Below, piece by piece: positions 50,307 through 60,417 of a stretch of 64,000 bases of DNA (positions are counted from its first letter, which is position 1; each line of letters opens with the position of its first letter). Below the pieces are notes generated by a model. The model saw only the letters and a program-made list of their open reading frames with translations. It made no database searches and was not told the origin of the DNA. The stretch comes from a virus: positions 1-64,000 of the IMG/VR virus record IMGVR_UViG_3300031251_000005; one strand, written 5' to 3'. The translations under genes were made by a program, and so were the position numbers.

Positions 50307-51713
50307 ATGTTATATAATGACACTTTACCAACATCTATAGAAGCTTATACAGATGGTTCTACTATTCCAAACCCAGGCCCTAGTGGATATGGATTTTATG
50401 CAATAGATGATACTAAAATTGTATACCATGGGTATGGTAGTGCAGGTATTAATGCTACTAACAATATAGCTGAATTAACAGCTGTAATTAAATTTCTTAG
50501 GTTTATTAAAACCATACCTAGCATTGAAACTATCACTATTAATAGTGATAGTAAATATGTGGTAGATAATATACAATTTATTTCTAAATGGGAATCTAAA
50601 AATTGGGAATCTTCTACTGGCGAATTAATTAAGAATATTGTTCTATGGCAACAATTACAAGAAGAGTTAAAATATCTTAATAATAAGAAGATATCTTTTA
50701 AATGGGTAAGAGGGCATTCTGGAATATTAGGGAATGAAACTGCAGATATTAATGCTAATAAAGGTAGGATAGCATTAATGCATGGTGATATTAATGATAT
50801 TGTTATCACTGAGAATAGTGTACATCCTATTGAAGAAGAGTCTATAATAAAGGAAGGTAATAAAACTAAACCTGAAAAGAAAGTAAAAAAGAAAGCTATT
50901 ATTCCTTTAAATCCATTATTTACAGGTAAGCGTTGGTTCTTTATTTCTAATAAACCTATTCAACTTTCAGATGGTAGATTCTTTTACTTATCTTCTACTT
51001 ATAAAGAAGATGCTAAAAAACCTAATCAAAATTTAGGTAAGCGTAGTCCAGATACTAGTTATTCTATTTTACTTACTAAAAATAACATTAGTGAACTAGA
51101 TAGCTTAAGAGATAAATATAATATTAATTTTAGTAATATGCATTTACCAGTAATTGGTGATATGGCTACTATCACAAAAGCATCTAACTGGACTACTATT
51201 GTAGAATCACAGAATGCTTTAACAGTTATTAAAGGTGAATTGGCAGTAATGCCAGATAGTACAGTATTAGCTTATATAGTAAATCCTCCTAAATTAGTAT
51301 TTAGGTTAGAAGATATTTATAACTATGGTTTTACTTTATTAAGTAAATTTGAAAACAAAGACCCAAATATTGTATTTATTGATATAACTGATAATATTTT
51401 AACTAAAGTAAAAGATAAACAAACAATCAATTCAAACTTTATATTGGGTATGAATTCATATACTATACCTGATGTAGTAATATCTGATATATTAATTAGT
51501 GATGTTAAATTACAAATCGGTGTAGACTTACCAGTACGAAACACATTTACAGGTTTATTAAAACAAACTAAAGAACCTATTAAAGTAACTCTAGCTATAT
51601 TTGAAATAACGGGAAACAGCTTTAGAATAGTTACCATTATAGAAAATGAAGATAATTTAGGTATTTACTATAGCCCAGATTCAAACTATAGATTAGTATC
51701 AAATAACAAATAA
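50307..51713 (+). CDS. rnhA: Ribonuclease HI with C-terminal extension (phiKZ gp155-like)
   Basis: YTDGS, TNNIAEL, SDSKYV and WVRGHSG..GNETAD catalytic motifs. Confidence 0.88.
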   Translation: MLYNDTLPTSIEAYTDGSTIPNPGPSGYGFYAIDDTKIVYHGYGSAGINATNNIAELTAVIKFLRFIKTIPSIETITINSDSKYVVDNIQFISKWESKNWESSTGELIKNIVLWQQLQEELKYLNNKKISFKWVRGHSGILGNETADINANKGRIALMHGDINDIVITENSVHPIEEESIIKEGNKTKPEKKVKKKAIIPLNPLFTGKRWFFISNKPIQLSDGRFFYLSSTYKEDAKKPNQNLGKRSPDTSYSILLTKNNISELDSLRDKYNINFSNMHLPVIGDMATITKASNWTTIVESQNALTVIKGELAVMPDSTVLAYIVNPPKLVFRLEDIYNYGFTLLSKFENKDPNIVFIDITDNILTKVKDKQTINSNFILGMNSYTIPDVVISDILISDVKLQIGVDLPVRNTFTGLLKQTKEPIKVTLAIFEITGNSFRIVTIIENEDNLGIYYSPDSNYRLVSNNK

Positions 51714-51728
51714 CTTATAGGATTTTTT

Positions 51729-53009
51729 ATGTTAATTGGTTTTTATAATATAAATTCATTTATTAATAACAATATAGGAACAGTTAATCCTATTGGTGAA
51801 TTAAGTGAATTAGGAAATACTTACTCTAGAACTATATCTCAGTATGCAGGCACTAAAGGTAATCTATCTATTTTTGATGTAGGTGATTTAACTATTAGTC
51901 AAAGAGTATTAACTCAACAAGTTTGTACACAAATAGCTGGTATGTTAGATAATATAGTTAATTATAATACCAGCTCTGGTAATCTATTAGCTAACTTTCA
52001 AGCTGAATTAGGAAATACAGTAACTAACCTTTCTTTGGGTTTACCTATTTTAAACCCTGATGATAATCAATTATACCCAACTTGGATACAATTTGATACT
52101 GTACAACAAGGTTTAGTCTGGACATTTAAGATATGGTTATCAGACACTGATTTTAGAAACAATTATCCAGCAGGGCATATTCAGTTAATTTTTCCTATTT
52201 CTAATCTAGCACACTTATTCTCTGATTATACAGGGTCAGCTGCTATTGTAAATGCATTAAAACCCACTAGTCTAACTATACTAGCTGCTAATCAAGTAAC
52301 TGATGTAGTAACTGGTTATGATGAAATGACTATTAGAGTATACAATGCTAATGATATCACTCAGTTTTTTGATTTTCCAGTATTAGTAGCTTTCAATGGA
52401 GGTGATTTATTCTGTAATAGAGTTAATTACTTCAAAGCTTTTAAAGATGCTATATTAGCAGTGCCTGGTTTAACCTTAGCTCAATGGCTAACCGTAATAC
52501 CTAGTTTAGAGCCTTTAAATAAATATTATGTTTTACCTAATTGGATTAATACAGCTATAGTTAACTTAGCAGTTCAATCACCTATTTGTAGCCCTACTAT
52601 CTTAGTATCTGCACCTGATGCTTTTGCTGCTAAATATTTTCCAGATTACACTCTGCAACAAGTATCTGATTATTTAAATTATACAGTAGCAATGTATAAG
52701 TCACTTGGTTTATATATAGTGCCTGATTTATTAAATCTGGATGGTAGATTACCATGGAGAGTTAAACTACCTGATTATTTCTTAGTATCTTTGAATGATT
52801 TAAATATTCAACAAATGTCAGTAGCTACACAAAATGTAGTAGTGTTATTAGATAGAATGATTAGATTTGCAGAAACATACACGGTTGATACTGTTTTACC
52901 AGATACTATTACAATAGAAAAAAGAGGTACTTTACTATATGCTTGTTCTTCTATTGAGAATATACAACTCTGTGTATTAACACGCGCATCATCAATTGCC
53001 ACTGGATAG
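51729..53009 (+). CDS. Virion structural protein (phiKZ gp157-like)
   Basis: N-terminal GF......NN..G...PIGELS..G.TYSR and FKIWLSD..F motifs. Confidence 0.6.
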   Translation: MLIGFYNINSFINNNIGTVNPIGELSELGNTYSRTISQYAGTKGNLSIFDVGDLTISQRVLTQQVCTQIAGMLDNIVNYNTSSGNLLANFQAELGNTVTNLSLGLPILNPDDNQLYPTWIQFDTVQQGLVWTFKIWLSDTDFRNNYPAGHIQLIFPISNLAHLFSDYTGSAAIVNALKPTSLTILAANQVTDVVTGYDEMTIRVYNANDITQFFDFPVLVAFNGGDLFCNRVNYFKAFKDAILAVPGLTLAQWLTVIPSLEPLNKYYVLPNWINTAIVNLAVQSPICSPTILVSAPDAFAAKYFPDYTLQQVSDYLNYTVAMYKSLGLYIVPDLLNLDGRLPWRVKLPDYFLVSLNDLNIQQMSVATQNVVVLLDRMIRFAETYTVDTVLPDTITIEKRGTLLYACSSIENIQLCVLTRASSIATG

Positions 53010-53017
53010 ATATAATC

Positions 53018-53647
53018 ATGATATTACCTCAAATAAATACTTTCGGTGTATTTAACTTAAAAATACCATTTATTATTAGTAGTGTAAATTATAAAGTAAC
53101 TAGTATCTCTTTAATAACTAATTTATTAGAATCTGGCATTGATGTATATAGTGTATATTACTCCCCATTTAATTTAACTCAAGATCAATATCAAACTGAT
53201 TTAAATAATGGTGTTTCTATTATAACATTAGAAAGTGCTGATGGCCCTGAGATATTCGTACCTAGTAGTTATATAGATACAATGCCAGTAGCATTAGCTG
53301 TACCTTATAGTAGATTAGTGTTATCATTAGATTTGGGTGAATTACCAGATGATTTACCAATTACTAATTTACTAAATAATTTAAAGATGATGGCTGATGA
53401 TTATGTTGGCATATCATCTAACCCTAAGTTACATAAACTACCATCTATATACACTTATAGTAAATTACAATCTCAAATTAAAGAGCAGCAGCGTTTAATA
53501 AATATTCGGAATCAAACTTCAATATTAACTGGAAAAATAAATTCAGATGCTTTATTAAATAGTGCTAATCTAAAAATAATGATGTTAGAAGCAGCACTAG
53601 TTACTGCTAATAAGAAAATAACTGAGTTAGAAAATCTAGGTATTTAA
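53018..53647 (+). CDS. Conserved jumbo-phage hypothetical protein
   Basis: 209 aa; VPSSYI and LSLDLG.LPD motifs; C-terminal coiled coil. Confidence 0.6.
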   Translation: MILPQINTFGVFNLKIPFIISSVNYKVTSISLITNLLESGIDVYSVYYSPFNLTQDQYQTDLNNGVSIITLESADGPEIFVPSSYIDTMPVALAVPYSRLVLSLDLGELPDDLPITNLLNNLKMMADDYVGISSNPKLHKLPSIYTYSKLQSQIKEQQRLINIRNQTSILTGKINSDALLNSANLKIMMLEAALVTANKKITELENLGI

Positions 53648-53660
53648 AATAACAAATAAG

Positions 53661-53696
53661 ATAGATACTATAGGCACTAGTGCCTATAGTATCTAT
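53661..53696. terminator. Perfect 36-bp palindrome
   Basis: atagatactataggcact|agtgcctatagtatctat. Confidence 0.8.
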
Positions 53697-53718
53697 ACTT
53701 TTGCCTTTAAGGATAAAT

Positions 53719-54189
53719 ATGAAAATAATATTAGTTGTAGCTATGAGTGAAAACCAAGTAATTGGTGATAGTAATAAATTACCATGGCATTACCCTGGTG
53801 ATCTAAAACACTTTAAAGATATAACACTTAATAAAACTGTAGTAATGGGACGTAAGACTTATGAGTCTATAGGTAAACTTCTTACTAAAAGAAAGAATAT
53901 AATCTTAACTAAAAATAATAATTACATAGCTAAAGGTTGTTTAGTATACACCTGTTTAGATATGTTATTAAAATTCCATAAACATGAAGACTTGTATATT
54001 ATTGGTGGAGCTAAGATATATAAATTGTTTCTACCAATAGCCACTGAGATTCATTTAACCCTTATACATAGAAATGTAGAGGGGGATGCTATATTTCCAG
54101 ATATAAACACTAAAGAATGGAAATGCATACATGAATTCAATGAAGCACCTCACCCAGATTATGACTTCTACCACTTAACTAGAATATGA
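53719..54189 (+). CDS. folA: Dihydrofolate reductase
   Basis: VIG..NKLPWH.P.DLKHFK, VVMGRKTYESIG, IIGGA.IY and GDAIFP motifs; start moved to ATG 53719. Confidence 0.93.
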   Translation: MKIILVVAMSENQVIGDSNKLPWHYPGDLKHFKDITLNKTVVMGRKTYESIGKLLTKRKNIILTKNNNYIAKGCLVYTCLDMLLKFHKHEDLYIIGGAKIYKLFLPIATEIHLTLIHRNVEGDAIFPDINTKEWKCIHEFNEAPHPDYDFYHLTRI

Positions 54190-56666
54190 GAATCTTAAAT
54201 ATTTATCTAAAATACTTTAGTCCTATTTCTTTTATTAGTAATATAGAAGAAATACAGATAGATTTTGAAAATGTAATGACTTTAATCATTGGTACTAATG
54301 GGTGTGGAAAATCTAGTTTAATTAAAGAATTAACACCATTACCACCTAGTCCAGACTTATATAGATCTGGTGGTGAGAAAAGAATATGTATAGAATACAA
54401 TGGGGATCAATACTTACTAATATCGGTTATTAAAAAAGACTTTAAACACACCTTTATTAAAAATGGAGAAACTCTATATTCTAATATTACCACTACTCAA
54501 TTTAGAGAAATAGTAATCAATGAATTTAATTACTCTCCATTAATACATAAAGTCTTAACTGGTGAGTTAAAGTTTACTGAAATGACACCTGCTGCACGTA
54601 GAGAAATTCTAACGATTATAAGCCCTTTAAATTTGGACTATGGTATACAGCTATATAATTTAGTAAAAGAGGCTGTAAGAGACACCCATGGGGCTTTAAA
54701 GCATGTTATTACAAGGAGCACAGATATAAAAACTAAATTGGCAGATATGCATATACCTGAGGATACTGAAACTCGTAAAGTAGAAATAGAATCAGAATTA
54801 AATTCTTTGTTACCATATACAACACCTAACTTACCTAATTTAAGAGAGATCATATCAGATATAGAAATGGATTTTTCTAGACTATTACAAATAAAACAGA
54901 AGTTAGATAAATTTGATGACTTAAGATTACCTATAGATAATATAAACTCAGTAGAAGAGTTAAATGAATATATTGGTATCTGTGCTGGTAAGATTACTGC
55001 CATTCAAATGAATATAACTAATATCTCTAATGAAATAGAAAACTTAAGCGGTGTTACTAATTCTATTTTAGATAATAATTTATCTTTAGATGAATTAAAG
55101 TATAGAATATCTACTATTGAAGCTAGTCTATCTCATTATACAGAAACTAATTATGTTAATAGTAACTTTGATTCTTACTTAAATACTATAATAGAATTTG
55201 CAGTAGAGGTAGAGGTAATTCTAGGTAATTGTAGAAATATATCTTATTATCCAGTAGAACAAAGAGTTACTAAACTAAAAGAAGCTAATTTACTAAAAGA
55301 GTCTATACTGTTAGTTACTAACTCTTTAAAAAATATTGATAGTAAGATAGAGCATCTAACTAATTCTGACGTTAAAGCCACTTGCCCTAAATGCAAAATA
55401 GAATTTAGTATTAATAAAACTACACCTGAATCTAATCTAGAGAAATTAAAAGAATTAAGAAGTATTAAAGAAAGTGAATTACTTAAACTAAATAAAGAAT
55501 TAACTACTTATGATTTTGCTCTATCTAGTATCAATATAATAGAATTAGCTATAGCTAAGTTTAAAGTAATTAAGTCTAGTATTTATATGCCTTTTGAATT
55601 TTGGGAGAATATGCCAGATATAGAAGATATATTAGCTAATAATCATAAGCTACATAATTATCTTACTAAATGGAGAATGAATATAGAAGATAGTAAAGCT
55701 AAACAAGAATTAAAGATAGAACTAGACTCTTGTAATAAAGCGTTACAAATCTTTAATAAATATGGAAGAGAAATAGATGTTAAGTTAGTACACTTAGAAG
55801 ATTCTGTTGTTAAAGAACTAAATAATAAGAAGATTATAGAAACTCAATATGCTATTTGTAAAACTGTATTAAAGAATATTACTCAATATAATGAAATCTA
55901 TAATCAAGCGGATTCTATATTAAAGAATTTGAGTAATAAATTTAAAGTAGCTATTGAATCTGAAATACAAGTAAAAGCTAAATCTCATAGTGCTAATCTA
56001 TACGATGAATTAGCAGAAAGAAAGAATCTATTAAATATTGTTAATAATCTAACTAATACTATTACTGAATTAGAAGAAGATTATAATAATCTATCTACTG
56101 AAAAGAAATGTTTATCTATATTAGAAGAACAATTGTCTTATAATAAAGGTTTATTAGCTGAGCAGCTATTAGGCTATATAGGTAGTTTTGTTGAACATAT
56201 TAATATTATCTGTAAAGAGATATGGGGGTATCAAATAGAAGTAGGTATATGTAATGTAGATAATGGGGTGTTAGATTACTCTTTTCCATTACTAATTGAA
56301 GATGAAACTGTAAAGGATATTAAGTTTGCTAGTCAGGCACAATCTGACCTAATTAATCTAGCTTTTACTTTAGTAATGAGACAACATCTATCTCTTACTA
56401 ACTATCCATTATATCTAGATGAAACAGGTAATAGTTTTGATGAACAACATAGAATCAGAATTATCCAATATATTAAACAATTACAACATTCTAAACAATT
56501 TTCTCAGTTATTTATTATAAATCATTATATACAATTTATAGGTGGATTTACTGGACAAGACATAGTAGTATTAGATACTAGGAATATTACCCTACCGAAT
56601 AGTTATAATACTAGTGTAATAATCAAGCACAGAGGTGATGTATGCCAGAAAACAATAGTAACCTAA
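54186..56666 (+). CDS. sbcC: SbcC/Rad50-like SMC ATPase (phiKZ gp165-like)
   Basis: Walker A GTNGCGKSS, long coiled coil with central CPKC zinc hook, Walker B LYLDE and H-loop INH. Confidence 0.85.
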   Translation: MRILNIYLKYFSPISFISNIEEIQIDFENVMTLIIGTNGCGKSSLIKELTPLPPSPDLYRSGGEKRICIEYNGDQYLLISVIKKDFKHTFIKNGETLYSNITTTQFREIVINEFNYSPLIHKVLTGELKFTEMTPAARREILTIISPLNLDYGIQLYNLVKEAVRDTHGALKHVITRSTDIKTKLADMHIPEDTETRKVEIESELNSLLPYTTPNLPNLREIISDIEMDFSRLLQIKQKLDKFDDLRLPIDNINSVEELNEYIGICAGKITAIQMNITNISNEIENLSGVTNSILDNNLSLDELKYRISTIEASLSHYTETNYVNSNFDSYLNTIIEFAVEVEVILGNCRNISYYPVEQRVTKLKEANLLKESILLVTNSLKNIDSKIEHLTNSDVKATCPKCKIEFSINKTTPESNLEKLKELRSIKESELLKLNKELTTYDFALSSINIIELAIAKFKVIKSSIYMPFEFWENMPDIEDILANNHKLHNYLTKWRMNIEDSKAKQELKIELDSCNKALQIFNKYGREIDVKLVHLEDSVVKELNNKKIIETQYAICKTVLKNITQYNEIYNQADSILKNLSNKFKVAIESEIQVKAKSHSANLYDELAERKNLLNIVNNLTNTITELEEDYNNLSTEKKCLSILEEQLSYNKGLLAEQLLGYIGSFVEHINIICKEIWGYQIEVGICNVDNGVLDYSFPLLIEDETVKDIKFASQAQSDLINLAFTLVMRQHLSLTNYPLYLDETGNSFDEQHRIRIIQYIKQLQHSKQFSQLFIINHYIQFIGGFTGQDIVVLDTRNITLPNSYNTSVIIKHRGDVCQKTIVT

Positions 56667-57496
56667 GGTTTATATCCCTAGGTATAGTTTTAGCTGATAA
56701 AAATGACAATAGCCCCTTTGCTTTAGTAATGCCAAAAGAACATCTCCCTTTTCATGAGGGAGATGTGACTGCTGATATTACTACTATTAATAGAACAGGT
56801 ATAGATATAGATGGTAATGCCTATTCTATTAATCTACAAAAAGGATTAGGTGTAAAAGCAAAGTGGTATGGTAATGGAAATCGTAGGACTGCACCTAATG
56901 TAGTAAAAGGTGAGGAAGTAGAATTATATGAAATAAATAACACAGGCATTTATCTATGGAAGGAAATAGGTAATGATAATCACCTACGTAGACAGGAAGC
57001 TGTCACATGGGCTTTTAGAGCCTCATCAGCTCCAGTGGATACAGATATACCACCTACAGCTGATGATTGCTATACAGCAACTGTAGATGGCAAAAACGGC
57101 CATATTACAATAGCTACCTCTACCAATAATCAAGAGAGAGCAAAATATACAGCGCAATTAAACGGCAGAGATGGCCATCTCACCCTATCAGATAACAAAG
57201 GTAATCTAATCCAAATAGATTCTGAAACTGGCACAATAGTAGCTCTTAATAACTCTGGCAGCCATGTATCTATCCAAGGTACAGAGATAACAGCTCAAGC
57301 TAAAGATACTATCACTATTATTTCTACTAATGTAAATATAATAGCAAACACTACTACTATCTCAGGTGATGTAATAATACAAAAGTCATTAACTGTAGAT
57401 GGTGAATCTAATCTAAAAGGAAATATATCTGGTAATAATGCTAATATTACTAATGTAACTACACAAAATCTATCAGCAGCTAATAATCCAATTTAA
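56642..57496 (+). CDS. Baseplate central spike protein (phiKZ gp164-like)
   Basis: KAKW...NRRTAPNVVKGE.V OB-like N-terminus and a beta-strand-repeat C-terminus. Confidence 0.65.
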   Translation: MPENNSNLRFISLGIVLADKNDNSPFALVMPKEHLPFHEGDVTADITTINRTGIDIDGNAYSINLQKGLGVKAKWYGNGNRRTAPNVVKGEEVELYEINNTGIYLWKEIGNDNHLRRQEAVTWAFRASSAPVDTDIPPTADDCYTATVDGKNGHITIATSTNNQERAKYTAQLNGRDGHLTLSDNKGNLIQIDSETGTIVALNNSGSHVSIQGTEITAQAKDTITIISTNVNIIANTTTISGDVIIQKSLTVDGESNLKGNISGNNANITNVTTQNLSAANNPI

Positions 57497-57498
57497 TA

Positions 57499-57882
57499 AT
57501 GAATAAAGAAAAACAAGATATACTAAATCAATTAGAGGAATATAAGTTACTAAAACCGGAGTGGTATAACTCTAATACCATCAAACCCACTATAAACAAC
57601 ATTACCTCAATCATCTCTATAATTAATACTATTCCAGAAAATTATAATTATCCAAAACTAATGATATCTGGACCTAATAGTCAAATAGGTTTGTATTATG
57701 ATATTCCAGCTAATCTTTATATAGATATAGAGCTAGAAGAAAATAATACTATATCTATCTTTAAGAAGAACTATATAACAAATAAACAAACCTATATAGA
57801 TAACATTAAGATAGATGATCTTACTATAGACTGGTATAAAGATAATCTACCTGAGTTAAGTAAAGATATATTAATAATATAA
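57499..57882 (+). CDS. Hypothetical protein
   Basis: 127-aa ORF coupled to the upstream gene. Confidence 0.6.
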   Translation: MNKEKQDILNQLEEYKLLKPEWYNSNTIKPTINNITSIISIINTIPENYNYPKLMISGPNSQIGLYYDIPANLYIDIELEENNTISIFKKNYITNKQTYIDNIKIDDLTIDWYKDNLPELSKDILII

Positions 57883-57899
57883 TCAAATAACAAACATAG

Positions 57900-57938
57900 A
57901 CTATACTAGGAGAGCATTATTAGCTCTCCTAGTATAGT
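57900..57938 (+). terminator. Hairpin terminator
   Basis: actatactaggagagc-attatta-gctctcctagtatagt. Confidence 0.75.
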
Positions 57939-57939
57939 A

Positions 57940-58900
57940 TTACCACTTTTTCATTTTCAGCTCTCTATCACAATATATTACAGAATTTTTTATATTTAAT
58001 TCTATCTCTCTATATATACTATTGTTTTCTCTTATATATTAACTATAATGTTTTACTATATATAGTTTTGTTATCTTACTATATATAAACTATTATTACT
58101 TACATATATAGTTCATTATAATAACATTTATTAATAAAGGAGATTATAGAGGACTTAAGTCCTCTATAATACTTAGTTATATTTATTTTAAAGGAGACTA
58201 TATAATACATTAGTATTATATAGTACTATCTACTAGTAATGAACTATGTCATTACTAAAGGAGAGAGTAGAGGACTTAAGTCCTCTACTCTAGTATTATA
58301 TCTTGTTTATATATAAACATATATTTAATTAATTAAAATAAGAACCCCCTGGAGGAGTGGGGGTTAGTTTGACATAAAATAATGGATAATAAATATTTTT
58401 TTATTTAAATATTGAATCTGGATTCAGACTGTACATTAAAGAATATCGGCCTTCGTGGGCCGATATATTCATTTGTAGAAAAAATCACTCCGTAATTTTT
58501 TGAAAAGGAATACCCAAACAAGTTGTGTATGCTTTTGGATTATTTTTTTTGGGGTGCCCTCCAAAAAAAATTTAAATAAGGAGGTGGGGGTTCCCCCCAC
58601 ACCATTTTAATTACAAAAAATAAGAAACACAAGTATTTTTTTATTTAAATTGATTTTTTAACAGTTTACTAGTTAAAAAATTTATTAGTTTTTAATAGTA
58701 AAATTAAGAAAAAACTTATAAAAGAAAGAAAAACATAGAAGAAAATATCTCCACTAAATACGGTTAGGTAGTTAGTGGAGATATATTGAGAAACTAATTA
58801 CTGGAAGTTAGATTGAATAGTTTTACTATGATTACACACAAAAACACAGATAAGAGAAAGATTTAATATCGCGCATTTTTTTGGCGCGATTCTAATTGAT
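57940..58900. other. Structured non-coding locus (candidate replication origin and/or ncRNA)
   Basis: No ORF of 60 aa or more; at least 10 hairpins, repeated AAGGAG-hairpin units, a 17-bp direct repeat and a strand-composition flip. Confidence 0.5.
58136..58291 (+). repeat. Three AAAGGAG + 12-bp stem / 4-nt loop units
   Basis: Stems at 58143-58170, 58197-58224 and 58264-58291, each directly after AAAGGAG. Confidence 0.85.
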
Positions 58901-58938
58901 TGGTAAATTTCCATTATATGCTTATATTGGAAATAAAT

Positions 58939-58958
58939 GAATACATATATTATTTAAA
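58939..58958 (+). promoter_or_regulatory. Putative early promoter for dcd
   Basis: gaatacatatattattt shares aatacatatattattt with the site near 25396. Confidence 0.45.
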
Positions 58959-59018
58959 TGCTGAGAAAGACTGTGATGCTAATTTAATTTAAATAGGAAA
59001 AAAGAAGGGAAATGTATA

Positions 59019-59585
59019 ATGTCAATTTTAATAGATAGTCAAATAAAAGAATTGTGTATAATTAAGAATATGATAACACCATTTATTGATCAACCTGTTA
59101 GAGAGGTAAATGGTAAGAAAGTATTGTCATATGGGTTGAGTTCAGCTGGTTATGATGTGCGTATTGGTGATGAGTTTAAGATATTTACTAATATTAATTC
59201 AACAGTAATTGATCCATTAAACTTTGATGAAAGGTGCTTACACAGTTTTAAAGGTGAAGTTTGTGTTATACCACCACATAGTTATGTATTAGCTGTGACA
59301 TTAGAGTACTTTCATATCCCTAGGGATATAATGGTGGTGTGTTTAGGAAAGAGTACATTGGCTAGAGCTGGGTTAATAGTAAATGTTACACCTATTGAGC
59401 CTGAGTTTGAAGGTACTGTGGTTATAGAGATAGCTAATACAGCGCCATTACCTGCTATCATTAGGGCTAATGAAGGTGTTGCACAGTTTCTTTTCTTTAA
59501 AGCTACACAAGAGTGTGAGATGTCTTATTTAGATAAGAAAGGTAAGTACCAAGGTCAAATTGGTATGACTTATGCTAAAGGTTGA
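59019..59585 (+). CDS. dcd: dCTP deaminase
   Basis: [21 protein letters not shown]...[18 protein letters not shown] and KGKYQGQ motifs. Confidence 0.93.
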   Translation: MSILIDSQIKELCIIKNMITPFIDQPVREVNGKKVLSYGLSSAGYDVRIGDEFKIFTNINSTVIDPLNFDERCLHSFKGEVCVIPPHSYVLAVTLEYFHIPRDIMVVCLGKSTLARAGLIVNVTPIEPEFEGTVVIEIANTAPLPAIIRANEGVAQFLFFKATQECEMSYLDKKGKYQGQIGMTYAKG

Positions 59586-59775
59586 CGTTATAATGAGATC
59601 AATTAAAAAATTCATAGTTTACATCTTACTTTAACAAACTATTTTGATAGAGATATCTATTATTAGGTATGTATTAATAATATTTTTGGTAAGCCACTGA
59701 ATTCTATGCATAGTAATATTGATACTAGTGTTTATAATGTTATTAGCACAAAACCAATTAAATAGGAATTTAAAA

Positions 59776-60231
59776 ATGAAACAAACAATAGAAGAAAGAA
59801 GAAAAGAGTGTGGTAATAAAATAAAGGAATTTAGATTAGAGAGGGGATATAATCAAGTTGACTTTGGTAAAGCTTTGGGTTATAGCAATGTCTATCTATC
59901 TGTAATAGAGAATGGGCAACGTAGATTACCTAGGGTTATCTGTGATAGAATAAAAATAACCTTTGGGTTAGACTTATCTAATTACTTAGAGGAAATGGAT
60001 AAAGATGCTAATTTAACCCCTATGGGTAAATTAATCTTTAAGATTATAGCTGATAAAAAATTAGATGAGGAAACATTAGCTAAAGAGCTAAACACTCCAT
60101 GTGCAGTAATAAGAGCTATATTGTACAATATCAATGAAAAAGATGTAGCTATTAAATTACAAAGAAAGTTTCCTGAATACATAGAAGAGACTAAAGAATC
60201 TCTTAAGTATCTACAACCTAGTAAAGCATAG
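59776..60231 (+). CDS. XRE-family helix-turn-helix protein
   Basis: IKEFRLERGYNQVDFGKALGYSNVYLSVIENGQRR; ATG 59776 behind TAGGA. Confidence 0.8.
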   Translation: MKQTIEERRKECGNKIKEFRLERGYNQVDFGKALGYSNVYLSVIENGQRRLPRVICDRIKITFGLDLSNYLEEMDKDANLTPMGKLIFKIIADKKLDEETLAKELNTPCAVIRAILYNINEKDVAIKLQRKFPEYIEETKESLKYLQPSKA

Positions 60232-60320
60232 GGGTTTAAATGACAGTAACTATCTTTATTATCTTTAAAACTAAACAAATTGGAAAATTAAATAACTGAA
60301 GTAGTTAACAACTAGTATTA

Positions 60321-60350
60321 ATAGAGAGTAGCCAATTGGCTACTCTCTAT
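60321..60350. terminator. Perfect 30-bp palindrome
   Basis: atagagagtagccaa|ttggctactctctat. Confidence 0.78.
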
Positions 60351-60417
60351 AGTTTATTCTCTTTTTATTTTTTATTAAGTATTTCAATAGTATGTTATTA
60401 CTAATTGGATACCTATA

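Noticed and set aside
58136-58291. CRISPR mini-array
   Set aside because: Repeat units are not identical, spacing is irregular and no cas genes are present in the window.
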